Shown here piece after piece: positions 54,321 through 63,483 of a stretch of 64,000 nucleotides of DNA. The notes below the pieces were generated by a model that did no database searches, was not told the DNA's origin, and worked only from the letters and a program-made list of their open reading frames with translations. The translations under genes and the position numbers were made by a program. The stretch covers positions 288,001 through 352,000 of the forward strand of contig OZ244561.1 in NCBI GenBank assembly GCA_965217585.1, written 5' to 3'. This stretch comes from Candidatus Latescibacterota bacterium (GTDB lineage: Bacteria; Latescibacterota; UBA2968; UBA8231). The first letter of the stretch is position 1, and every line of letters begins with the position of its first letter.

Positions 54321-56476
54321 ACAAGACCCGGTTGTCCCACGTCATCTTCTTAGTCGTCTGTGCCTTATGGGTGCAGAGCAGTCTCGCCCAAGACTACACC
54401 CCTTGGAGTTTGCCCGCAGAGGCCCCCGCCCGCTCGGGCAAAGCGAGCACCGGTGCGGGCGACCAAACGGCGGCTAGCCGCGTTGGCGTCTGGCTCGACG
54501 ATACGAACACCAGTGCTGAAATCGCTCTATTCACAGGCCATACGGATTTTGTGACTTCCGTGGCGTTTTCGCCGGATGGAACCACCCTCGCCAGTGCTAG
54601 TTCGGACGGCACAGTACGGCTGTGGAACGTAGCATCAGGACAACTGGTAAAAACCTTAGCGCATACGGATCATGTGATTTCCGTGGCGTTTTCGCCAGAT
54701 GGAACCACCCTCGCCAGTGCTAGTGCCAGTGGGAACGGCACGGTGCGGCTGTGGAACGTCGAATCTGGACAACTGGTAACCTCCTTAGAGCATACAGATT
54801 ATGTCTCTTCCGTAGTGTTCTCGCCGGATGGAACCACCCTCGCCAGTGCCAGTGCCAGTGCCAGTGGGAACGGCACGGTGCGGCTGTGGAACGTCGAATC
54901 TGGACAACTGGTAAACACACTCACAGGACATACGGGTCATGTCTTGTCCGTGGCGTTTTCACCGGATGGAAACACTCTCGCCAGTGCCGGTTGGGAAATG
55001 GTGCGGCTGTGGAACGTAGCATCAGGACAACTGGTAAAAACCTTAGCGCATACGGATCATGTGATTTCCGTGGCGTTTTCGCCGGATGGAAACACTCTCG
55101 CCAGTGCCGGTGAGGACCGCACAGTACGGCTGTGGAACGTCGAATCTGGACAACGGATAAACACCTTAGAGCATACGAATGATGTCTTGTCCGTGGCGTT
55201 TTCGCCGGATGGAAATACCCTCGCCAGTGCCAGTTGGGAAACGGTGCGGCTGTGGAACGTCGAATCTGGACAACGGATAAACACCTTAAAGAATACTTGG
55301 TATTGGGTCAATTCCGTGGCGTTCTCACCGGACGGGACCCTCGCCAGTGGTAATGGGGACGGCACGGTGCGGCTGTGGAAGGTGGAATCAGGACAATGGT
55401 TAACCTCCTTAGAGCATACGGATTATGTTTCTTCCGTGGCATTCTCACCGGATGGAACCACCCTCGCTAGTGCCAGTTGGGACGGCACAGTACGGCTGTG
55501 GGATGTGGTATCAGGACAACAGGTAACCTCCTTAGAGCATACGGATTATGTCTTGTCCGTGGCGTTTTCGCCCGATGGAAACACCCTCGCCAGTGCCAGA
55601 GGGAAAACGGTGTGGCTGTGGGATGTGGTATCAGGACAACGGATAAAGTCCCTCACAGGCCATACGGATTATGTATATTCCGTGGCGTTTTCGCCCGATG
55701 GAAACACTCTCGCCAGTGCCGGTCATGACGACACAGCGCGGCTGTGGAACGTGGCATCAGGACAACTGGTATACACCTTAGAGCATACGGATTATGTCTC
55801 TTCTGTGGCGTTCGCGCCGGATGGAAACACCTTCGCCAGTGGCAGTGCCGGTGCCAGTGAGGACCGCACGGTGCGGCTGTGGAACGTGGCATCAGGACAA
55901 CTGGTAAACTCCCTCACAGGCCATCATGTCTTGTCTATGGCGTTCTCACCGGATGGAACCACCCTCGTCAGTGGCAGTTACGATGGCACGGTGCGGCTGT
56001 GGGATGTGGCATCAGGACAACTAGTAAACACAATCACAGGCCATACGGATCATGTCTTTTCCGTGGTGTTCTCACCGGATGGAATCACCCTCGCCAGTGC
56101 CAGTCGGGACGGCACAGTGCTACTATGGGATATGTCGCCTTACATCACTCCCTCTGAACCGACGGCGATTCAATCTTCAGCACCGCACTTGTCACCAGCC
56201 GTCAGCGGCCTAGAGCCCAATTATCCCAATCCGTTCAACGCCAGCACCTATCTTATCTATCGTATAGCCACCCCCGGCGCGGTGCGGCTGAAGATTTACA
56301 ACACCTTGGGGCAGCCGGTGCGCACCCTCGTGGATCAATACCAGCCCACTGGCTTCTACCAAGTCGCCTGGGATGGCCGCAACCAGCGCGGGGCAGCGGT
56401 GGCCGCGGGCGTCTATCTGACGCGGCTTTTCTATCCCGGCGGCGAGCAGACCCGCCGGATGCTCTTGCTCAAGTAA
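54317..56476 (+). CDS. Secreted WD40-repeat protein with FlgD/CTD tail
   Basis: Signal peptide, 13 F(S/A)PDG repeats, NYPNPFN...WDGRN. Confidence 0.93.
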   Translation: MNKTRLSHVIFLVVCALWVQSSLAQDYTPWSLPAEAPARSGKASTGAGDQTAASRVGVWLDDTNTSAEIALFTGHTDFVTSVAFSPDGTTLASASSDGTVRLWNVASGQLVKTLAHTDHVISVAFSPDGTTLASASASGNGTVRLWNVESGQLVTSLEHTDYVSSVVFSPDGTTLASASASASGNGTVRLWNVESGQLVNTLTGHTGHVLSVAFSPDGNTLASAGWEMVRLWNVASGQLVKTLAHTDHVISVAFSPDGNTLASAGEDRTVRLWNVESGQRINTLEHTNDVLSVAFSPDGNTLASASWETVRLWNVESGQRINTLKNTWYWVNSVAFSPDGTLASGNGDGTVRLWKVESGQWLTSLEHTDYVSSVAFSPDGTTLASASWDGTVRLWDVVSGQQVTSLEHTDYVLSVAFSPDGNTLASARGKTVWLWDVVSGQRIKSLTGHTDYVYSVAFSPDGNTLASAGHDDTARLWNVASGQLVYTLEHTDYVSSVAFAPDGNTFASGSAGASEDRTVRLWNVASGQLVNSLTGHHVLSMAFSPDGTTLVSGSYDGTVRLWDVASGQLVNTITGHTDHVFSVVFSPDGITLASASRDGTVLLWDMSPYITPSEPTAIQSSAPHLSPAVSGLEPNYPNPFNASTYLIYRIATPGAVRLKIYNTLGQPVRTLVDQYQPTGFYQVAWDGRNQRGAAVAAGVYLTRLFYPGGEQTRRMLLLK

Positions 56477-56488
56477 TAGGCCCTACGA

Positions 56489-57337
56489 ATGATGTCTATT
56501 CCGATTAAAACCCAAGAAAATATCCGCGCCTATCTCGCCTACGGCTTGGGCACGGTCTTTGTCCTCGCGCTGGTGCTGCCGCTGATATGGGTAGTCACGA
56601 CTTCGGTGCGTCCCCTGTCCGAGATGACGCAGACGCCGCCTTTGGTCTTTCCGCGCTCGGTCACTTTCAGCGCCTATGTCGATATGTGGGACACCGGGCC
56701 GTTTGTGAAGTACTTTGCCAACAGCATGGTGATTTCCCTTTCGACGGCCCTGATTGCCCTCGCGTTTAGCATCTGCGCGGCGTATGCCTTTGCCCGCTTC
56801 CGCTTTCGCGGCAACACCTTGTTGCTGATGGTAGTGGTGATGTCGCAAATGCTGCCCGGCTCTTCGATCCTCATCCCGCTCTTTCAGGTGATTCGCTCGT
56901 TCGGCTTGCTCGACACGCACGTGGGCATGGTGCTGATCTACACGGGCTTTGCCATCCCCTTTTGCACTTGGCTGCTCAACGGCTATTTCCGCGCCATTCC
57001 TACAGATCTAGAGCAGGCCGCGCTCATCGACGGCTGCAACCGCCTCCAGCTACTCTACCGGATCGTCTTGCCGCTGGCCGCACCGGCAATCGTAGCAGTG
57101 GGGACCTTTGCGTTTTTGCTTTCGTGGAATGAATTCTTGTTCGCTTTTGTGTTTACCAAATCGCAGGCCCTAACCATTCCGGTGGGGCTGCGCGCCGCGT
57201 TTTTGGGCCAATACGTCAACAAATACGACCAGCTATTCGCCGCGTCGCTAATTTTTAGCCTGCCGCCAATCGCGCTCTTTGTGGGGTTGCAGCGGTATTT
57301 TGTCCAGGGACTGACGGCTGGTGCCGTAAAGGGATAA
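56489..57337 (+). CDS. Sugar ABC permease (MalG-type)
   Basis: LEQAALIDG, WNEFLFA, QRYFVQGLTAGAVKG. Confidence 0.93.
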   Translation: MMSIPIKTQENIRAYLAYGLGTVFVLALVLPLIWVVTTSVRPLSEMTQTPPLVFPRSVTFSAYVDMWDTGPFVKYFANSMVISLSTALIALAFSICAAYAFARFRFRGNTLLLMVVVMSQMLPGSSILIPLFQVIRSFGLLDTHVGMVLIYTGFAIPFCTWLLNGYFRAIPTDLEQAALIDGCNRLQLLYRIVLPLAAPAIVAVGTFAFLLSWNEFLFAFVFTKSQALTIPVGLRAAFLGQYVNKYDQLFAASLIFSLPPIALFVGLQRYFVQGLTAGAVKG

Positions 57338-57349
57338 GGAGTCCTCGCG

Positions 57350-58924
57350 ATGCGCTTTTTCAACACGAGCGGTCCGGTGGTGGCCGACGATCACTACTGC
57401 ATCCCGCCCTTGGAGCGGCTAAGCCTGTCCGAGGTTCGCCGGCTCCTCCGCGACAAACGCTACTTCGTCCTGCACGCGCCGCGGCAGACGGGCAAGACGT
57501 CCGCCCTGCTGGCGCTGCGCGACCTGCTCAACGCCGAAGGGGCCTATCGCTGCGTGTACGTCAACGTGGAAGGCGCACAAGCCATGCGCGAAGATGTGGA
57601 ACGGGCGACGCAGGTCATCTTGGGCGAACTGGCCTCTTGGGCGCGCATAACACTGGACGACGAGTTTCTGGATGCGATTTGGCTCGACATCTTGGCGAAA
57701 TACGGTCCGGGGGCACTGGGCGAGGTATTGACGCGCTGGTCAGAAGCAGACCCTACCCCCTTGGTACTGCTCATCGACGAGATTGATTCCTTGATCGGCG
57801 ACACGCTGCTGTCGGTGCTGCGGCAGTTGCGGGCTGGCTACGTGCGCCGTCCCGGAGGATTTCCACAGAGCGTGGTGCTGTGCGGAGTGCGCGATGTGCG
57901 CGATTACCGCATTCAATCTACCGCAGAGAATGCGCTTATCGCCGGGGGCAGCGCGTTCAACATCAAGGCGCGATCACTGCGTCTGGGCGATTTTTCGCGG
58001 ACGGAGGTGCTGGCGCTACTGGGTCAGCACACCGAGGAGACGGGACAGGTATTCACCGCTGATGCGCTGGACACGGTTTGGACGCAGACCCAAGGGCAGC
58101 CGTGGCTGGTCAACGCGCTGGCCGACGAAGCCTGCTTCTATGGCGAATTTGCGGAGGCGTGGCATCGTCCGGTTACCGCCGAAGCCATCCGCGCCGCGCA
58201 AGAGCAACTCATCCTACGGCGCGAGACGCATCTGGATCAGTTAGCCGACAAGCTCAAGGAGGAGCGGGTGCGCCGGGTGGTGGAGCCGCTGTTGAGCGGC
58301 GGCGAAGCTCGCTCTATGCCCTCCGACGACTTGACCTATGTCCGCGATCTGGGGCTGATCAGTGCAGATGATCCGGCTCGTATTGCCAACCCCATTTACC
58401 GCGAGGTTATTCCGCGGGAACTCACCTATACCACCCAAGCGATGTTGGCGCAAGAAACGGCGTGGTATGTGGGGGACGATGGAGACCTACACGTCGGCAA
58501 ACTGCTAACCGCGTTCCAAGCCTTTTTCCGCGAGCACTCCGAGCATTGGGTCGAGCGGTTCGAGTACAAGGAAGCGGGTCCACAGTTGCTATTGCAGGCG
58601 TTTTTGCAGCGGATCGTCAACAGCGGCGGACGCATCGAGCGCGAATACGGCCTCGGTCGGATGCGGACGGACTTGCTGATCGTCTGGCCGCAAGACGGGC
58701 AGACGCGCCGGTTCGTCGTCGAGTGCAAGGTGTTGCACAAGAGCTTGGAGCAGACCATCGCCGAGGGCTTGACGCAGACGGCGGAATACATGGACCGCTG
58801 CGCGGCAGAGTCGGGTCATCTGGTAATTTTCGACCGGCGTGTGGGTCGGCGGTGGACCGACAAAGTGTTCCACTGCCGCCGGACAGCGGACAGCGGTGTC
58901 GAGATCGATATTTGGGGGATATGA
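57350..58924 (+). CDS. AAA-like ATPase with C-terminal PD-(D/E)XK nuclease
   Basis: FFNTSGP, HAPRQTGKT, LIDEID, TQGQPWLV, EREY..GRMRTDL...VECK. Confidence 0.85.
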   Translation: MRFFNTSGPVVADDHYCIPPLERLSLSEVRRLLRDKRYFVLHAPRQTGKTSALLALRDLLNAEGAYRCVYVNVEGAQAMREDVERATQVILGELASWARITLDDEFLDAIWLDILAKYGPGALGEVLTRWSEADPTPLVLLIDEIDSLIGDTLLSVLRQLRAGYVRRPGGFPQSVVLCGVRDVRDYRIQSTAENALIAGGSAFNIKARSLRLGDFSRTEVLALLGQHTEETGQVFTADALDTVWTQTQGQPWLVNALADEACFYGEFAEAWHRPVTAEAIRAAQEQLILRRETHLDQLADKLKEERVRRVVEPLLSGGEARSMPSDDLTYVRDLGLISADDPARIANPIYREVIPRELTYTTQAMLAQETAWYVGDDGDLHVGKLLTAFQAFFREHSEHWVERFEYKEAGPQLLLQAFLQRIVNSGGRIEREYGLGRMRTDLLIVWPQDGQTRRFVVECKVLHKSLEQTIAEGLTQTAEYMDRCAAESGHLVIFDRRVGRRWTDKVFHCRRTADSGVEIDIWGI

Positions 58925-58946
58925 CCGTAGAGAAGGAATACGACCT

Positions 58947-59930
58947 ATGAAAAAAACATGGCTATTGAGTCTGCTATTGGTCGCCGCCTGCGGGCAGCCG
59001 GACGACGCGCCCGATACACTCAAGATCGGCTACGTGATCAACTTCATGTCGCACGAGTGGTATCAAAACATCAGCAAGTCGGCGACAGCGCGAGCGGCCG
59101 AGTTAGGTGTCGAGCTGATCGTCGCCGATGCCAACCTCGACGTGGCAGCGCAAATCTCCAAGGCCGAAAACCTGCTCGCCCAAGGGGTCGAGGTGCTGAT
59201 CTTGTCGCCGGTGGATGCCAAGGCTATGGGGCCGATAGTGCGGCAGGCCAAGGCCGCGGGTGCCAAGGTGATTACCGAATCCAACCCCGTGCCAGAGGCC
59301 GACAGCTACGTGGGGATCGACAACTACGCCGGCGGGGTCAAGGCCGGCGAGTGGTTTGCCGAGTACGCCCAAGCCAAGGGGATCGACCCCAAGATCCTCA
59401 CCGTCGGCTTCCCCAACTTCGAGGATTGCCGGCAGCGGGTCGATGGCTTCAAAGACGCGCTCGCCGCCTCGGGTCTGACCTATACAATCGTCCAAGAAGT
59501 CGATGGGCAGGGCCTCAAGGAAAAGGCGTTCAAGGTGGCGCAGGACGCGCTGACAGCTAACCCGCAGATCAACGTGATCTACGGCATCAACGACGATTCG
59601 ACGACCGGCGGCATGGCGGCCTATAAGGCCGCGGGCCTCGACGAAGCAGCGCTGACCGCGATTGGCTTTGGCTTTGAGGGCACCGTGGGACAGACGGCTC
59701 TGACCGGCGATACGCCCTACGCAGCGGCCCTGGCGATGTTTCCCAACTTCGTCGGCGCATCGCTGATTGACGCAGCCGTACAGTTGAGCGAGGGCAAGTC
59801 GTTGCCCGACCACTACGAGACGCCAACCATTGTCGTCACCCGCGACAATCTCAGCCGCTTCTACGACATGAGCACCGAGCCGCCCTTCGCCCTCAAGGTA
59901 GATGCGGTGCGGGCCTTGATGCCGCAATGA
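58947..59930 (+). CDS. Monosaccharide ABC substrate-binding lipoprotein (RbsB-like)
   Basis: Lipobox VAAC; VGIDNYAGG, R..GF, INDD. Confidence 0.88.
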   Translation: MKKTWLLSLLLVAACGQPDDAPDTLKIGYVINFMSHEWYQNISKSATARAAELGVELIVADANLDVAAQISKAENLLAQGVEVLILSPVDAKAMGPIVRQAKAAGAKVITESNPVPEADSYVGIDNYAGGVKAGEWFAEYAQAKGIDPKILTVGFPNFEDCRQRVDGFKDALAASGLTYTIVQEVDGQGLKEKAFKVAQDALTANPQINVIYGINDDSTTGGMAAYKAAGLDEAALTAIGFGFEGTVGQTALTGDTPYAAALAMFPNFVGASLIDAAVQLSEGKSLPDHYETPTIVVTRDNLSRFYDMSTEPPFALKVDAVRALMPQ

Positions 59931-60898
59931 GCCGCTTTCTTTCGCGAGTACTCCACAGCGAGCAGGCCGGACTGTTGCTAGCACTGGTCCTGCTCTGCGT
60001 GGGGATTTCGCTGCTGACGCCGGTCTTTTTTACCGCCATCAATATCAAAAACGTGCTGCGCGACGCCTCGCTGGTGGCCATCGCCGGGATCGGCATGGTG
60101 ATGATCATCCTGCTCGGCGAGATCGACCTGAGCGTCGGCTCGACCCAAGCCGTGGCCGGGATCATCGCCGTAGCCGTACTCAACCAGTTTGAGAGCGTGA
60201 CGCTGGCGCTGGGGGCCGCACTAGTTGCCGGGGCGCTCGTCGGCCTGTGCAACGGACTGTTGGTCACCAAGGCCGGCATCAACTCCCTGATCGCCACCTT
60301 GGGCATGATGGCGATTTTGCGCGGCGCGGCCATGGTCAGTACCCAAGCGGTATCGATCCAGGGCAAAGTAGAAGGCTTCGTCGAAGTGGGGACCGGATAC
60401 TTGGGGCCGATCCCGATCCCGGTGCTGGTGACCTTTGTCCTCTTCGGGCTGTTTTACTACGTCCTCCACCACACCATCCTCGGCCGCTACATCTACGCCA
60501 TCGGCGGCAATATCCAAGCGGCGCGGCTGGCGGGCTTGGCCGTCGATCGCACGCGCGTCTTGGTCTTTGTGCTCGGCGGCGTGCTGGCGGCCCTGAGCGC
60601 CTTTATCTTGGCCTCGCGCCTCAACTCCGGGCAGCCGAATGCCGGCCTCGGTTTTGAATTGCAGGTGATCGCGGCGGTGATCTTGGGCGGCATCAGCCTG
60701 ACGGGCGGCGTGGGTACGCTCGGCGGTGCTTTTATCGGCATCCTGATTCTGACGGTGCTCTCCAACGGCTTGGTGCTTCTGAACGTGTCGTCCTTCTACC
60801 ACGATATTGCGCGCGGCGCGGTGATTATTCTCGCCGTGTATCTGGACACCCGGCGCAAGCAGAGCCTCCTGCGACGGCTACTCGCCCCCTCAACATGA
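59927..60898 (+). CDS. Monosaccharide ABC permease (RbsC-like)
   Basis: IDLSVGS, YAIGGN..AARLAG, ELQVIAAVILGG. Confidence 0.92.
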   Translation: MSRFLSRVLHSEQAGLLLALVLLCVGISLLTPVFFTAINIKNVLRDASLVAIAGIGMVMIILLGEIDLSVGSTQAVAGIIAVAVLNQFESVTLALGAALVAGALVGLCNGLLVTKAGINSLIATLGMMAILRGAAMVSTQAVSIQGKVEGFVEVGTGYLGPIPIPVLVTFVLFGLFYYVLHHTILGRYIYAIGGNIQAARLAGLAVDRTRVLVFVLGGVLAALSAFILASRLNSGQPNAGLGFELQVIAAVILGGISLTGGVGTLGGAFIGILILTVLSNGLVLLNVSSFYHDIARGAVIILAVYLDTRRKQSLLRRLLAPST

Positions 60899-62385
60899 CG
60901 CCGCTGCTTTCCCTAGAGGATATCCACAAGCGCTTCCCCGGCGTCTATGCGCTCAAGGGCGTTGATTTCGAGGTACTGCCAGGGGAAGTCCACGCGCTGG
61001 TCGGCGAAAACGGCGCGGGCAAGAGCACCTTGATCAAAATTGCGGCCGGCGTGTATAGCCGCGACCAAGGCCGCTACCAGATCGCGGGCCGCCCTGTAGA
61101 TATCCGCCATCCGCGCCAAGCCTTAGACCACGGGCTGGCGGTCGTTTACCAAGAGTTAGAGTTAGTCCCTTCGCTGTCGGTGGCTGAGAATCTGTTCTTC
61201 GGCCGCCTGCCGCACGGACGCGGCGGGCGCGTCCAGTGGAACGCGCTCTACGCAGCGTCTGCAACGCTATTGGCCGAAGTCGGGCTAGCGGTCGATCCGC
61301 AGACCAAGGTCGGCCACCTCGGCGTAGCCGCGCAGCAATTGGTCGAGATCGCGCGGGCGCTGGCGTGCGACGCCCAGGTAATCGTCATGGACGAGCCAAC
61401 CTCGGCGCTGAGTACGCGCGAGATCGACAAGCTCTTTGCGCTCATCGCCCGGCTCAAGGCGCGAGGCGTGGGCGTGGTCTATGTATCGCACAAGCTCGCC
61501 GAGGTCATGGCGCTAGCCGACCGAGTGACGGTCTTGCGCGACGGAGAGCGCGTCGCCTGCGAGCAAGCCGCCGACCTCGACGAGGAGCGGCTTATCGCGC
61601 TGATGGTGGGGCGGGAGTTGGGCCAAGGGTTTCCCGCAGCCGATCGCACGCCGGGACCGAGTGCGCTGGAAGTGGAGGGGCTGACCACGGACCGGGTGCG
61701 GGATATTTCCTTCCGGGTGTGCGCTGGAGAAATCGTCGGGTTCTCCGGGCTGATGGGCGCGGGGCGGACGGAACTAGCGCGGGCCGTGATGGGTGTGGAT
61801 CGACGCCGTGCTGGGACTGTCACCCTCGGCGGGGTCGCCGTGCCAGCGAACGCACCGCCGAGGGCGCGTACCCTCGGATTGGGACTAGTACCAGAGGATC
61901 GCCGGGCCGACGGCCTGTTCGCCCAGCAAAGCGTGCGCGCAAACGCGAGCGTCGCGGCCTTAGAGCAGTTTTGCCGCGCTGGCCACGTGCAGGTAGGCAT
62001 GGAGCGGCAGCAAGTCGGCGCACTCGTCGCGCGCCTGCGCCTGCGTCCCCCCGACCAAGAGCAGACCATCGCGCGGCTCAGCGGCGGCAATCAGCAAAAG
62101 GCGCTGCTGGCCCGCTGGCTGCTCAAGGAAAACTTGCAGGTGCTGCTCGTCGATGAGCCGACCCGGGGAATCGATGTCGGTGCCAAGGCCGAGATCTATC
62201 AATTGCTGGACGAACTGGCGCGCCAAGGACTGGCAATCGTGGTCCTTTCGTCGGAAATGCCCGAAATTTTGGGGCTATGCGACCGAGTGTACGTGATGCG
62301 CGAGGGGCGGATTGCCGCCGAGTACGCACGGGCCGAGGCCACGCCGGAAAAACTCTTGGCCAGCGCCCTACCCGGTGGAAGCTAA
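60895..62385 (+). CDS. Monosaccharide ABC ATPase (RbsA-like)
   Basis: GENGAGKST, DEPT, LSGGNQQK, RGIDVGAK. Confidence 0.94.
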   Translation: MTPLLSLEDIHKRFPGVYALKGVDFEVLPGEVHALVGENGAGKSTLIKIAAGVYSRDQGRYQIAGRPVDIRHPRQALDHGLAVVYQELELVPSLSVAENLFFGRLPHGRGGRVQWNALYAASATLLAEVGLAVDPQTKVGHLGVAAQQLVEIARALACDAQVIVMDEPTSALSTREIDKLFALIARLKARGVGVVYVSHKLAEVMALADRVTVLRDGERVACEQAADLDEERLIALMVGRELGQGFPAADRTPGPSALEVEGLTTDRVRDISFRVCAGEIVGFSGLMGAGRTELARAVMGVDRRRAGTVTLGGVAVPANAPPRARTLGLGLVPEDRRADGLFAQQSVRANASVAALEQFCRAGHVQVGMERQQVGALVARLRLRPPDQEQTIARLSGGNQQKALLARWLLKENLQVLLVDEPTRGIDVGAKAEIYQLLDELARQGLAIVVLSSEMPEILGLCDRVYVMREGRIAAEYARAEATPEKLLASALPGGS

Positions 62386-62415
62386 AGCCATTCATCCCCA
62401 TCAAAGAGGTGCAAC

Positions 62416-63444
62416 GTGAAAATCCTAATCACCGGCGGCACCGGCCGCGTCGGAGCCAATTTGGCGCAAGCCCTGCTCGACAAAGGGCACGACATCCGCT
62501 CGTTTGTCTATCCCGGCGACCAAAGTCGCGCCCACAAGCTCGACGGCTTTGACCGCGTCGAAACCATCGAAGGCGATCTGCGCAATCTCGCCGACGTGCG
62601 CCGCGCCGTCGAAGGAGTCGATGCAGTGTACCACATTGCCGCGGCCTTTGGCGGCCCCTTCGATAACCGCGAATACCTCGAAATCAACGGCATGGGCACC
62701 ATCAACGTGCTAGAGTCCATCCGCGAGTTGACACCTAATCTGCACCGCTTGGTCTATGCTTCCACTGAGGCGATCTACTGGGACAATCCCTACAACGGCC
62801 GCTGCTTTGAAGAGCCAATCCGCGAAGATCAGGTCGCCCGCTACCAGACGATGCCCTATTTCCTCACCAAGTGGATCGGCGAGGAACTGGTAATGAGCTA
62901 TCACCGCCAGTACGGGTTGCCGTCGGTGACCACGCGCTTTGCCACGATTATTGAGCCGGGGGAATTCCTCGACGAAAATGGCTTGCCGCACCTGTTTTTG
63001 TTCGGGCCGGTTTACGAGCAGTTCAAGGACCGAGAGGGAGCCGAGGAAATCAAGGCGCTGTGGACGGGCGAAGAGCAGTTCTTGCTATCGCGGAATCCAG
63101 ACGGACGGCCCTTTCGGCAGGTGTATGCTGACGTGCGCGACATCGTCCAAGGGCTGGTGCTAGCGCTGGAGCGGGACGAGGCCGTGGGCGAGGTGTTCAA
63201 TCTGGGCGGGGCCGCGCTGTTCGATTGGAGCGAAGCCGTGCCCTATCTAGCCGAGCGCTTCGGCTTGGGGTTCGTCGATGCACGGCGACCGGATTGGAAC
63301 TACTTCGAGCTGGATTTGACGAACATCAAGGAAAAATTGGGGTTTGAACCCAAGCACGACTTGGCGAGCATACTCGATGCGGCTGAGGCCATGCGGCGCG
63401 GCGAGGACGTGGGAATCATTCCGACAGGGGTGCGCTTTGGGTAG
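62416..63444 (+). CDS. NAD-dependent epimerase/dehydratase
   Basis: TGGTGRVG, YFLTK. Confidence 0.88.
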   Translation: MKILITGGTGRVGANLAQALLDKGHDIRSFVYPGDQSRAHKLDGFDRVETIEGDLRNLADVRRAVEGVDAVYHIAAAFGGPFDNREYLEINGMGTINVLESIRELTPNLHRLVYASTEAIYWDNPYNGRCFEEPIREDQVARYQTMPYFLTKWIGEELVMSYHRQYGLPSVTTRFATIIEPGEFLDENGLPHLFLFGPVYEQFKDREGAEEIKALWTGEEQFLLSRNPDGRPFRQVYADVRDIVQGLVLALERDEAVGEVFNLGGAALFDWSEAVPYLAERFGLGFVDARRPDWNYFELDLTNIKEKLGFEPKHDLASILDAAEAMRRGEDVGIIPTGVRFG

Positions 63445-63483
63445 GCGTAGTGGTGCGCCAGAATTTCCCATTGTGAGGAGAAC

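Noticed and set aside
54530-56130. CRISPR-like periodic repeats
   Set aside because: They are in-frame WD40 coding repeats with no unique spacers and no cas genes.
57323-58946. Possible duplication flanking the AAA-nuclease gene (CCGTA...AAGGA)
   Set aside because: Too short and mostly explained by RBS sequence.
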